DNA of 64,000 bases from Paecilomyces variotii (lineage: Eukaryota), in assembly GCA_004022145.1 (NCBI GenBank), contig RCNU01000021.1, one strand, 5' to 3'. The position numbers and the translations under genes are program-made. Below the pieces are notes generated by a model. The model worked only from the letters and a program-made list of their open reading frames with translations. It did no database searches and was not told the DNA's origin. Within the stretch, counting starts at the first letter, position 1, and every line of letters starts with the position of its first letter. This document shows, piece after piece, positions 50,776 to 63,076 of the stretch.

Positions 50776-51364
50776 TTTTTATTTTTAATTTATTTTTATT
50801 TTTTTGTGGTCTAATACACTAAGTATATCTCTAGAGTCCGTGCCATAGGTGGAAAGGATGTGGCCACTTGAGGCTGCGTACTTGCAGGCCAGCTAAAATG
50901 GAGCTAATTGCCGTGTCAGTTCGATGTGACAAGTTCCAGACACCCGATTAGGTCTTCAAGCTATCCAGAGAAAGGAAATTCTGAGTGAGGATACCAAGAA
51001 CTGCTGTTTCCTCCAATCCTCAAGCCTTAAGAGGGGGAGGAACAATAGTATTTCTAAACCTATAATGTCTTTTATGGAATAGAATGGGAGTATTCTACAA
51101 TGGGTGCTTCTGTGTAAATCCATGGTGTTGAGAGCCGTATGTAATAAAAGATATGGAAATGGGCTGACCCTTGCTCTGTCGCTCGTCAAAAGTATAGCAC
51201 AACTCCTTCTAATTCCTGGCCCAAAGACGCCCACTTCGTTGACATTGCATCAACGAATATCACCTATCCTTCCATTACCATGGATAATTGTGCCTCTTGT
51301 AGAAAGATTTCTAGGTACTTCAAAATGAGCTAAAGAATTGTTTCTTGTTTTGTCTCAAAGGTTA

Positions 51365-53236
51365 TCATACCGCCGCCTGACAACTCTCGTACTCTCCTAG
51401 CATCTGGCTCACAACAACAAACCCGCCGATGGCAGGAACGGACCAAATAAGATGCCAGATGAACACCGCCACCCTATTCCAAGTTATCATTCCTTTTGAC
51501 TTCCCCTTTGTCCAGGGATGACTGGTCCCTGAATATAGCCCCATAGCAATCCCCAAGGCTAGCCATGCCATAATCCATGTTCTTTGTGCGATAGTGCTTG
51601 AGGCACCGTTGAAATGAGTCAATCCCCCGATAACAGCGATGGGAAGACAGCCGATCAGAGTCCCGAGCCATTGTATGAGTGACATAGATGACATGGACCT
51701 CTGCCACTGTGATCTGGAGTGTACTAACTGAAATTTTGGAGTGCTGATCAAGAAGACCTTATGAAAGAAAGCGCGGAAAAAACCAAAGTTATCAAAGTCG
51801 AGCTTGGTCGAAAGGCTAGATGTGCGTCTGAAGTTGTGGCAGTTGGAGACTGAGATGAAAGGTTTGCGACGGGGAAGGTTGACACTACTGAAGTGCCAGG
51901 GGTAGTCACTCGGAAAGATACGAGGTTCGCGCATGGGTTGAGGTGATATCGATAATCGAATTTTTTCCTCTTCATACTCGGCAGAGACCTTATCGGGAAA
52001 TTGTGGGATACGGCAAGTCAATGACTGGCTCGTGGCCTTGCCTCCATCACTGTTTTCTTCTTCGCAGCAACCGGTGAATGTCACCGTGCGTTTGGGATCG
52101 TTAGAATCATTATCTGCATCCAATCTCCCAATAGTCCCCTCGAATACTCCTCCTCTTGCCCTCGCTTCATCCATAATTTCGGATTCCACCATGTACAGCG
52201 CCGGATATTCGGGGTTAACCATCGCGCTAATAAGATTAATGATAGACATGATCACGTAGGGGATAACGGTGAGGCCATAAGAGGCATAGCCGTAGCGGGC
52301 AATTTGGTCGCCACGAGACTGGTAGAGCGTAATCGAGGCGTAGATTGCCTGGATGATGGCGAATAATGCTTTTGACAGACTGTACGACGCAGTGATGTCT
52401 TCGCTATATCTCTGAAATTGGTCGCCATCGGGGTTTGAAGATCCAACGGCCTCGAGAGCTGCGTCGTGGGGAGCATAAACAAGACCATAGCCTGGCGGGA
52501 GATGGCAAACGCCATGGATGGTGAAGTCTCCATCTACTAGTTGAATAGAGTCGTTGATAAGTCCGTGAAGATGCTCTTCCACAAGCCACGGAGGCTGAAG
52601 TTGGACACCCAATAGGATTGGCTCTGTACGTTCCCTCCTGTCATATCTGGTCAGATAATCTTCATATAAGACCAAAGAAAAGGAACCTACAATTCCTGTA
52701 ATTCCTCCAAGGGGCGACGAATCTCCTTCAGCGAGCTATCTTGGTCCTTCCCTGAGGATATTTGCTCCAATTGTCCTGCATTCAATTATTAACTCGATCC
52801 AAAGCATACACTCAAAAATTGCGAGGAGAGATATACGCAAAAGCTTCTCGCTGACAAACGTCAACCCTTTAATCTCTTCTCCATTCTGCGGTCTCCAGTC
52901 CGACAGCCTAACAACCATACAGGTAGCTCCTGCCTGAATGGCTCTCTGCCTCGGATCCTTATTAGTAGCAGCATGTCGCACAATTGCATTCAACCCGCGC
53001 ATCACCCCCGAAACCGGATAGAAAAGCGCCAGGATGATGGTTATGATTGTAACTAGACCTGACTGGCCGGGGGCAGAGACGACCGTCCCTGCGTGGGAGA
53101 TATAGTTGCTTAGAATAAAGGAAGCGATATCGAACCATTGCGATGGCGTACACAAATCGTCGCGTTTGGTGATAGGAATCGGAGTGGTTCTTATCGTGGT
53201 AGGCACCGCGCGTGGTGGTAGAGAGAGAACAGGCAT
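51365..53236 (-). CDS. Hypothetical multi-pass membrane protein; exons ~53236-52837, 52775-52691, 52637-51365
   Basis: Two GT-AG introns join the 166-aa and 436-aa ORFs through a small middle exon. Several hydrophobic helices; motifs SNYISHAGT and GDQIARYGYASYGLTVIPY; no function recognised. Confidence 0.65.
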
Positions 53237-54523
53237 CTCTATTGTCCACCGTAGGAAGAGCTATTTTCTAAGGTTTGGCAGTCTCAGCATCATCGTGCAT
53301 TTTATTTACAATTTTTATCCAGCAAGGATTCTCAGCTGAGAATCCGCCCCCGCACTGCAGTGTACTCTAACGTTGGCGAGATGCCGGCCGGGGTGCGTTC
53401 TAGCCTTCCCATTTGGGAATGGCATCATCATTCCACGTTGGACTTCCTCCTATCCCTTCTGTCCAGTCTATTACACTATACTGTATTCCTAGTAGCACTC
53501 TCGCCCCCATTCTTTTTTTACACGAAATGCATGTCTTCTGATGTCGGGCCATCTCTGGAGTCTCCAACCATCGTCCCCGTTTTTGGCCCCCATTTCCCCT
53601 ATTTCTTGAGCTACGGTTTCACATCACTTGATCGTCTGTGGATCTTATCTAATACGATGTCTAGTCTCCATTGATAAATGCTTTATCTATCAGACACACA
53701 GTGGCTAAATAGTTTAAGCGCCATGGTGCCTATTGTAACTAGGTAGTTAGTAACTAGTTAACTAGGTAGTTAACTAACGTTAGATAGGCTGCTGATTAAG
53801 TAAGAGTTCCAATCGCTTAACTAAGTATTTCTTAACTTGAGCATTGTCCAGTTAGAACTAACCAATGTTAATAAAATAAGACAATTGCTTTTATACCACT
53901 TAAGTTGATAGGTTATTATTATTCCCTAGATCGCAGCGTTTATCCAGAACAATGTCCCCTTGGCATCAGCAGTAAGAGTTCTATTATGTGACAATCCAAT
54001 GATAATAGCAGAGAATAGAGCCCACTAAGACCGGAAGGGTGCTCTGATGTCGAATCTACCCTACTAGTTTCTAGAGCGCGAAGAGTAATACATGGCATGT
54101 AAATTCACGAGCAACATATTCACCTAACATTAGTGCCAGTGACATGTAGTTTAAGTATAAAGACACTAGGAATACCCTATCAACGATCCACTAGATAATC
54201 CTTCTATCTCTTTCAGGCGGCGGTACATTGATAATAATAACACTAGGACACAACAACATACTTGACCATAATATCCATTCTACCAGCAAATGACCCAACT
54301 CCTTAACGGTACCTAGATAGAAACATCATTTGTCAAGAATCCCCAGAACTGATTCTCTTTTTCCTGATTAGGTAATGAATGAGATACGTTGGACCACGAT
54401 GATAACAAGTAAAGTCCTAGTAAATAAATCGACACAGAAAGAAGCAAACTAAATTTACTGCAGTAGCGGTTCCAATATGTCTCCGTTTGCGTCCTTGAAC
54501 GGATGCGGTGTCACCTGTATGGA

Positions 54524-54533
54524 GTCACGTGAC
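54524..54533. promoter_or_regulatory. Perfect GTCACGTGAC palindrome (Cbf1/bHLH-type site) upstream of URA2
   Basis: Exact 10-bp palindrome about 770 bp before the ATG. Confidence 0.4.
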
Positions 54534-55301
54534 AATCATGTAATCATAGAAATGCAGACTTAGCTGCCAAGCATTTTGACAGAAAAGGAATGGGAACAGC
54601 AATCTGTGACGTGCAGAGAAAGAGAAGGGATGAGTTTCAGTCGAATGTATTCCATTAACATAACTATCTGTACTACTTAGGTAACTAAGTACCTAGGTAC
54701 TAGGTACTGTACGAGCTGGTCCGCAGGGTTTCTGCCACGGTCGGAGTAGACTAGGGCAAGAGCGGTGACGATCTCACCGCATTGGGCCTCTAGCGCGGGA
54801 CACACGAGAACAGCAGTATGTGTGAAATTTCCTAGCGGGGTTGATGCGTGACGAGGAATTGGTGTTATTTTTCATGATTGATCATCAACCAAAGGCAATT
54901 AACTGATTTCCTGCTAGCGCTTAAAGAATTTTCCATCGCAGAAGAAAAAGAAGAAGAAAAAGTGCCCACATATCGGCTCTTTTGGCCGAACGGACCAGTT
55001 CTCTGGGCGGTGACTCCCGGCAGAAACGCCGCCGTGATCCATCTCCCAATGGGAGAGCTCTGCCGGCCAGCTGGAGTCTCCATACACAAAAATTTATTCT
55101 TTTCTTGCTGCTCGACCTGTTCCCGTCTCTTTTCTCTATCTCACCTCGATCCTCGAGAGATCAACCCCCCCTCTACTATACCCTCCTTATTCGAAACCGT
55201 GCAGAGGCAGCGACGAGACCTTCTCCTCTGTCTTGGAGCCAGCTGATGCTACGGTAGACATAGTCCTCTCATAGTCCCTCAGAGGACCTCGACGAACAGC
55301 C

Positions 55302-58300
55302 ATGCCGCAGCTCGCCACCTCTATCGAGGCGACTTCGCCCACGACCCCTCGCCTGAACGAAGCCGTTCTTCCTACAAGTCCTTCGTCGGGAGGTGCAGTG
55401 TCCTACAACCAGAACATAGACCTGCAGCCCTTCCCCGTCATCAAAGCGTCCGTCAATGGCGCCATCATCCCCCCCGCTTCATCCCAGATCCTGGGCAACC
55501 AGGAAAGGCAGGTCGCCCTGGAGCTCGAGGATGGCACCGTCTGTCAGGGTTACAGTTTCGGTGCGCAGAAGAGCATCTCGGGTGAATTGGTCTTCCAGAC
55601 CGGTATGGTGGGCTACCCCGAGTCCGTCACGGACCCCTCATACCGCGGCCAAATCCTTGTCATTACCTTCCCCCTCGTGGGCAACTACGGTGTCCCCTCG
55701 CGGGAGACGATGGACGAGGTTCTGAAGACGCTTCCAAAGCACTTCGAGTCCAACCAGATTCACATTGCGGGGTTGGTCGTGGCGTCATATTCCGGCGAAG
55801 ACTACTCTCACTTCCTCGCCGTTTCCTCCTTGGGTCAATGGCTCAAGGAGCAGGGAGTTGTCGGTATCTACGGTGTCGACACTCGAGCGCTCACCAAGCG
55901 CATCCGTGAGAAGGGTAGTATGCTCGGTCGTCTTCTGCAGCAGAAGCCTGGCACGTCCAATGGCACCGATGGTGCCACTCTCATCGGAGACGTTGACGGA
56001 GCGGACAAAGACAGCTGGAGGGCCCTGTACGAGCAGGTCGAATGGGTAGACCCGAACAAGAAGAACTTGGTCAGCGAAGTCTCCATCAAGGAGCCTCGCC
56101 TGTTTTCTCCGCCAGAGTCCGTTGCCCTGAAGCACCCCTCTGGCCGTCCCGTCCGTGTCCTGTGCTTGGATGTCGGTCTGAAGTATAACCAGCTTCGCTG
56201 CCTGCTGGCGCGCGGTGTCGAGGTACTGGTGGTTCCGTGGGACTACGACTTCCCGACCTTGGCCGGTAAAGATTACGACGGTCTGTTCATTTCCAACGGT
56301 CCCGGTGATCCCGCAACGCTCTCGGTCACTGTTTCCAACATTGCCAAGACTCTCAAGGAGGCCAGGACACCCGTCTTTGGTATCTGTCTTGGTCACCAAC
56401 TGTTGGCGCGTGCTGTTGGTGCGAACACTATGAAGATGAAGTTCGGTAACCGTGGTCACAACATCCCGTGTACGAGCATGATCTCTGGGAAGTGTTACAT
56501 CACCTCCCAGAACCACGGATACGCCGTGGACGCAAACACTCTCCCAGAAGATTGGCAGGAGCTTTTCGTGAATGCCAACGACGGCAGTAACGAGGGTATC
56601 AGACACGTCAGCCGTCCCTACTTCAGTGTTCAGTTCCACCCCGAGAGCACCCCCGGCCCGAGGGACACGGAATTCCTGTTCGATGTCTTCATCAATGCCA
56701 TCAAGGATACTCTTGCCTCTCCTGAGGCTCTGAACAAGCCTGTCACCTTCCCTGGTGGTACCAAGGAGGAGAACATCAAGATCGCCCCCAGAGTCCATGT
56801 GAAGAAGGTTCTGGTCCTCGGAAGTGGAGGTCTGAGCATTGGACAAGCCGGAGAGTTCGACTATTCCGGAAGTCAGGCTATCAAGGCCCTGAAGCAGGAG
56901 GGTATCTACACCGTCCTCATCAACCCTAACATCGCTACCATCCAGACTTCCAAGGGTCTGGCAGACAAGGTGTACTTCCTTCCGGTCAATGCGGACTTTG
57001 TGCGCAAGGTCATCAAGCATGAGCGTCCTGACGCTATTTATGTCACCTTTGGTGGACAGACCGCGCTCCAGGTCGGTATCCAGCTCAAGGACGAGTTCGA
57101 GGAACTGGGCGTTAAGGTTCTGGGTACCCCCATTGACACGATCATCACTACTGAGGATCGTGAGCTGTTCGCTCGGAGCATGGAATCCATCGGAGAGAAG
57201 TGTGCCAAGTCGGCTTCCGCCTCGACCCTTGAGGAGGCTCTGCAGGTAGTTGAGGACATTGGATTCCCAGTTATCGTCCGTGCCGCCTACGCGCTTGGTG
57301 GCTTGGGTAGTGGTTTTGCGGATAACATGGACGAACTGCGCGCCCTTTGCACGAAGGCTTTTGCTGCCAGTCCTCAGGTTCTGATCGAGAGGAGTATGAA
57401 GGGCTGGAAGGAAATCGAGTACGAAGTCGTGCGAGATGCCCAGGACAACTGTATCACCGTCTGTAACATGGAGAACTTCGACCCTCTCGGTATCCATACC
57501 GGTGATTCCATCGTCGTTGCTCCATCTCAGACTCTTTCTGACGAGGACTACAACATGCTCCGAACCACCGCTGTCAACGTCATCCGTCACCTTGGCGTGG
57601 TCGGAGAGTGTAACATCCAATATGCCCTGAATCCGTTCTCAAAGGAATATTGCATTATCGAGGTCAATGCTCGTCTGTCACGATCTTCTGCCCTGGCTTC
57701 AAAAGCAACTGGATACCCTCTCGCCTTTATTGCCGCCAAGCTCGGTCTCGGAATCCCATTGAACGAGATCAAGAACTCTGTCACTAAGGTGACATGCGCA
57801 TGCTTTGAACCATCCCTGGACTACGTTGTCGTCAAGATTCCCCGCTGGGATCTGAAGAAGTTCACCCGTGTTTCTACCCAGCTCGGCTCATCTATGAAGA
57901 GTGTTGGTGAAGTCATGGCCATTGGACGGACATTCGAGGAAGCTATCCAGAAGGCTATCCGATCAGTCGATTTCCACAACCTTGGTTTCAACGAAACCAA
58001 CGCTCTTATGTCCATTAAGGGAGAGCTCCAGACGCCTTCTGACCAGCGTCTGTTCGCGATTGCCAACGCGATGCACTCTGGTTACACTGTGGATCAGATC
58101 TGGGAGCTGACTCGGATCGACAAGTGGTTCCTCCGCAAACTGAAGGGTCTGAGTGACTTTGGAAAGCAGATGAGCACGTACAACGCGTCGACTGTGCCTG
58201 TAGACTTGATCCGACAGGCCAAGCAACTTGGATTCGCTGATCGTCAGCTTGCCAAGTTCCTCGATTCCAATGAGCTTGCTGTCAGGCGAATGCGCGTAGA

Positions 58301-61300
58301 GGCTGGTATCGTGCCCGTTGTGAAGCAGATTGATACCGTCGCTGCGGAGTTCCCGGCTTTCACGAATTACTTGTACCTCACCTACAACGGTTCTGAGCAT
58401 GATATCTCCTTCGAGGACCACGGTATCATGGTTTTGGGATCGGGTGTCTACAGAATCGGTTCGTCGGTTGAGTTCGATTGGTGCTCGGTTAGGACCATTC
58501 GAACGTTGCGCGAGCAAGGCCACAAAACCATTATGGTCAACTACAACCCGGAGACGGTCAGTACTGACTACGATGAGGCTGACAAATTGTACTTCGAGAA
58601 TATCAATCTGGAGACCGTCCTGGACATCTACCAGCTGGAATCTTCCAGCGGTGTGATCATCTCCATGGGTGGACAGACCCCTAACAACATTGCTCTGCCT
58701 CTCCACCGTCTCAATGTTAAGATCCTGGGCACCTCGCCTGAGATGATCGACGGCGCTGAGAACCGATACAAGTTCTCTCGTATGCTCGACCATATCGATG
58801 TGGACCAGCCTGCCTGGAAGGAACTCACCAGTACTGAGGAGGCGACTGAGTTCTGTAACAAGGTTGGCTATCCTGTGCTCGTGCGCCCGTCCTACGTGCT
58901 GTCAGGTGCCGCTATGAACACTGTGTACTCTCAGGACGACCTGGCAAGTTACCTCAACCAGGCGGCTGAAGTCTCCCGGGAACATCCCGTCGTGATCACC
59001 AAATACATCGAGAATGCTAAGGAGATCGAGATGGATGCAGTTGCTCGCGATGGTGTCATGGTTGGCCACTTCATCTCGGAGCATGTGGAGAACGCTGGTG
59101 TGCACTCTGGTGATGCAACACTTATCCTGCCGCCGCAAGACTTGGACCCGGAGACGGTACGAAGGATCGAGGAGGCCACGCGCAAGATTGGAAACGCACT
59201 TAATGTCACAGGTCCTTTCAACATCCAGTTTATTGCCAAGGACAATGACATCAAGGTCATCGAGTGCAACGTCCGTGCTTCCCGATCGTTCCCCTTCGTG
59301 TCCAAGGTTATGGGTGTCGATTTGATCGAGATGGCCACGAAGGCTATGCTTGGTGTTCCCTTCGTTGAGTACCCACCAGTGACCATCCCGAAAGACTATG
59401 TCGGAGTGAAGGTTCCTCAATTCTCTTTCTCCCGACTGTCTGGAGCCGACCCTGTCCTAGGTGTCGAGATGGCCTCCACCGGAGAGGTTGCCTCCTTCGG
59501 TCGCGACAAGTATGAGGCTTATATCAAGGCCCTCATATCCACTGGATTCCGTCTGCCAAAGCGAAACATCCTGTTCTCCATTGGCTCCTTCAAGGAGAAG
59601 CTCGAGTTGCTTCCCTCGATCCAGAAACTGCACCAGATGGGCTACAACCTCTTCGCGACTGCTGGTACTGCCGATTATCTTAAGGAACATGGCGTTCCAG
59701 TGAAGTACCTGGAAATCTTGGCTGGCAACGAGGAAGATGTCAAGGCCGAGTACTCCCTGACCCAGCACTTGGCCAACAACCTCATCGATCTTTACATCAA
59801 TCTGCCGTCCAGCAACCGCTTCAGACGACCGGCCAACTACATGAGCAAGGGCTACCGCACTCGTCGTATGGCTGTTGACTATCAAACTCCGCTGGTGACA
59901 AATGTCAAGAATGCGAAGATTCTGATTGAGGCTATCGCTCGTCACTATGACTTGAACGTGCAGACGATCGATTACCAGACCAGCCACCGCACTGTTGTTC
60001 TACCTGGTCTGATCAACATTGCGGCTTTCGTCCCAGGAGTCGCCACTCCGGGCTCGAAAGATTTCCAGCAAGTGACCAAAGCCTCTGTTGCAGCTGGTTT
60101 CACCATGGTTCGCATCATGCCTGTTGGCGTTGACAGTTTCGTTACCAACGCTCGTGCCTTGAAGACGGCCCAGCAGAACTCCCAGAAGGGAGCCTACTGC
60201 GACTACAACTTCTCGGTTGCCGCCACAGCTACCAACTCCGACCAGATTGGCGCGGTGACTAGTGAGGTTGGCTCTCTCTTTATTCCATTCAACCACCTGT
60301 CGGGCAACATCAACAAGGTCGCTGCTGTCACCAACCATTTCGGCGCTTGGCCTGCTAACAAACCGATGATCACTGATGCCAAGTCGACTGATCTTGCCTC
60401 GATCCTGCTCCTGGCGAGTCTCCACAACCGGAATGTCCATGTCATGAGTGTGACTTCTAAGGAGGACATTAATCTCATTGCGCTTAGTAAGGAGAAGGGT
60501 CTTAAGGTGACCTGCGATGTGTCGATCTACTGCTTGTTCCTCTCGCAGGCCGACTTCCCTAACAGCTCTTACCTGCCTACTGCTGAGGATCAGAAGGCTC
60601 TGTGGGAGCACCTGAGCACGATTGATGTATTCTCCATTGGCAGCATCCCCTACCAATTGGCCGGTAAGAATGCTTCGCCTTTGGTTGGAATCGCAGACGC
60701 ATTGCCTCTGCTGCTTACTGCTGTCTCTGAGGGCCGTCTGACCATTGAGGACATCACTGCTCGACTGTACGAGAACCCCAAGCGGATTTTCGAGCTTCAT
60801 GACCAGGCAGATACCACCGTCGAGATTGAGATCGATCGGCCTTACATTTACCAGAACGATGAGACATGGTCTCCAATCCTCGGCAAGGCGATGAGAGGTG
60901 CTGTGCAACGTGTGATCTTCCAGGGCAAGACCTCTTGCTTGGATGGAGAGATCACTCCCGATGCCCCCAAGGGCCAGGACATGTCTGGCCACAGGATTGC
61001 ACCGGTGTCTCCTTCAATCAAAGCGATGTCTCCCGTGGTTCACCCGCGCCCTGAAAGCTCCCTTGACAGGCGGATGTCCATCTCTGGGACTCCAGCGCGT
61101 GCCCCGCGTACTAGGAACGTCGATATCCCTGGTCCAGTTTCCAATGAGCTTGGTCCTCCTCTTTACGCTCCCCCCGTGTCTCAGGTATCTCCTTCGCTTC
61201 TTGAGCTCCTTTCGCGATCTCCATTCCGCCAGAAGCACGTCCTTTCCGTTAACCAGTTCACCCGCTCCGATCTCCATCTGCTGTTCGCTGTCGCACAGGA

Positions 61301-62196
61301 GATGCGCCTAGGTGTTCAGCGCCAGGGAGTTCTTGACATTCTGAAGGGCCGTGTTCTGTGCACCCTCTTCTACGAGCCCTCGACCAGAACATCTGCGTCC
61401 TTCGATGCTGCCATGCAGCGCCTCGGAGGACGTACCATTGCGATCTCGACGGAGCACTCTTCTACAAAGAAGGGTGAGACTCTGCAGGACACCCTCCGGA
61501 CCCTTGGCTGCTACGGTGATGCCATTGTCCTCCGCCACCCTGAGGAGAGAAGTGTCTCTATTGCTGCCAAGTTCGCCCCTGTGCCTGTCATCAACGGTGG
61601 AAATGGAAGTCTTGAGCACCCCACTCAAGCATTCCTGGACCTTTTCACTATCCGTGAAGAGCTGGGAACTGTGAGCGGTATCACAGTCACTTTCACTGGT
61701 GATCTGAAACATGGACGCACTGTCCACTCTCTTATCAAGCTTCTCCAGTTCTACGATGTCCGCGTCCAGCTCATCGCCCCCAAGGGTCTTGCTTTGCCGG
61801 AGGAGGTCCGCCAGCAGGTCGCCAAATCTGGCCAGCTAGTCTGCGAGTCCGAGAAGCTGACTCCAGAGATTGTGGCGCGCTCCGATGTTCTGTACTGCAC
61901 TCGTGTGCAGAAGGAGCGCTTCGCTGATCTGGAGGAATACGAGCGTCTCAAGAACAGCTTCATCATTGACAATGCTGTTCTCAAGCATGCCAAGAGCCAC
62001 ATGGTCGTCATGCACCCTCTACCAAGAAACGCTGAAATCGGCGAGGAGGTCGATTTCGACCAGAGAGCGGCTTACTTCCGACAGGTTAGTCTCTCCCCCA
62101 ATGCGCTGAGAGTGATTCGGCTACTAACAGATATTCCAGATGAGATATGGTCTCTACACCCGCATGGCTCTGCTTGCATTGGTTCTGGCGCCTTGA
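55302..62196 (+). CDS. URA2: Multifunctional pyrimidine enzyme: GATase-CPSase-(inactive DHOase)-ATCase (pyrABCN); exons 55302-62084, 62140-62196
   Basis: GICLGHQ and QFHPE (GATase), [10 protein letters not shown] and IHTGDS (CPS), [12 protein letters not shown] and MHPLPR (ATCase). Intron gttagt..ctaac..cag gives the true end [22 protein letters not shown]. Confidence 0.96.
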
Positions 62197-63076
62197 GATC
62201 ATTTCGTATATATTCCACGAAAAAACAAAAGATATCCTTTTGGCGGCGATATAGACATATCGATTATCTGATAGATCTATTCTCGTCTTTTGCTTTTCTG
62301 TGTTTGCTTTTCATGGTGTGGGCTATCAAAAGTTTTTTTGGCAATTGTTTTCTTTTCTTACAGACTATACAGCGTAGTCTCTCCGTGCGGAGATCTAGAA
62401 TTCCATATGATAACACGAATATCCCGTTTCATGTACACAACTTGGTTTGGTGTGGATGTCGTCTTATGTGTTTTCCGTTATGTGTGTCGTGCGTTGCGTT
62501 CAGTGTGTTTTTTTCGTTCTCATTTCTGTGGCGCGTGTGTTGTGGCGTTCGTTCCGTCGGCGTGTGGTTTGCGTTTGGGTCTGGTTCACTTTCGGGATTT
62601 TCTTCCGAGTTAGCGGGTTTTCTTTGGGCTGGCGGGTCAAGGTGATGGGAAATTTTTCAGATACCCCTCTGGTGCTAAAGGCTTGCAAATGGATCATTTT
62701 CTACACTGTTCACAATATTAATTATGAAGTCGAGCTTTCGCGTAAGGGTATGTTGAGTAGTATAGGAATTGGAATCAGAATCCGGCTGTAGAACTCAAGT
62801 TTGATCTCCCAATACAGAAGCTAGACATAGTTATATAACTATACATACGGCACTTTCGTGAGAGGTCGACCGGCTTTACAATGCAGCGAGGTACCACAAC
62901 TATAAATAGTTGTATTCCCAGTCATAGTAAAGTCATGCACAAGCTAATGCTGATCATTTCCCCTGCTTCGGTATAATAATAAAGTATAATAATAACTAAT
63001 GCTTCACAAAACTAGGTGGTGCAAGCAACACAATACACTCTCCGTAACACCATGAAAATCATTTGGTGATCTGCGT

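Noticed and set aside
52736..52738. In-frame TAG between two same-frame ORFs, suggesting readthrough or a pseudogene
   Set aside because: Two GT-AG introns put this segment in another frame and restore a continuous ORF.
55785..57620. 611-aa antisense ORF (and others of 170-330 aa) opposite URA2
   Set aside because: Shadow ORFs arising from strong codon bias on the sense strand; no recognisable motifs.
62085..62645. Hydrophobic C-terminal extension of the 2447-aa URA2 ORF
   Set aside because: Artefact of reading through intron 62085-62139. The spliced ATCase end stops at 62196.
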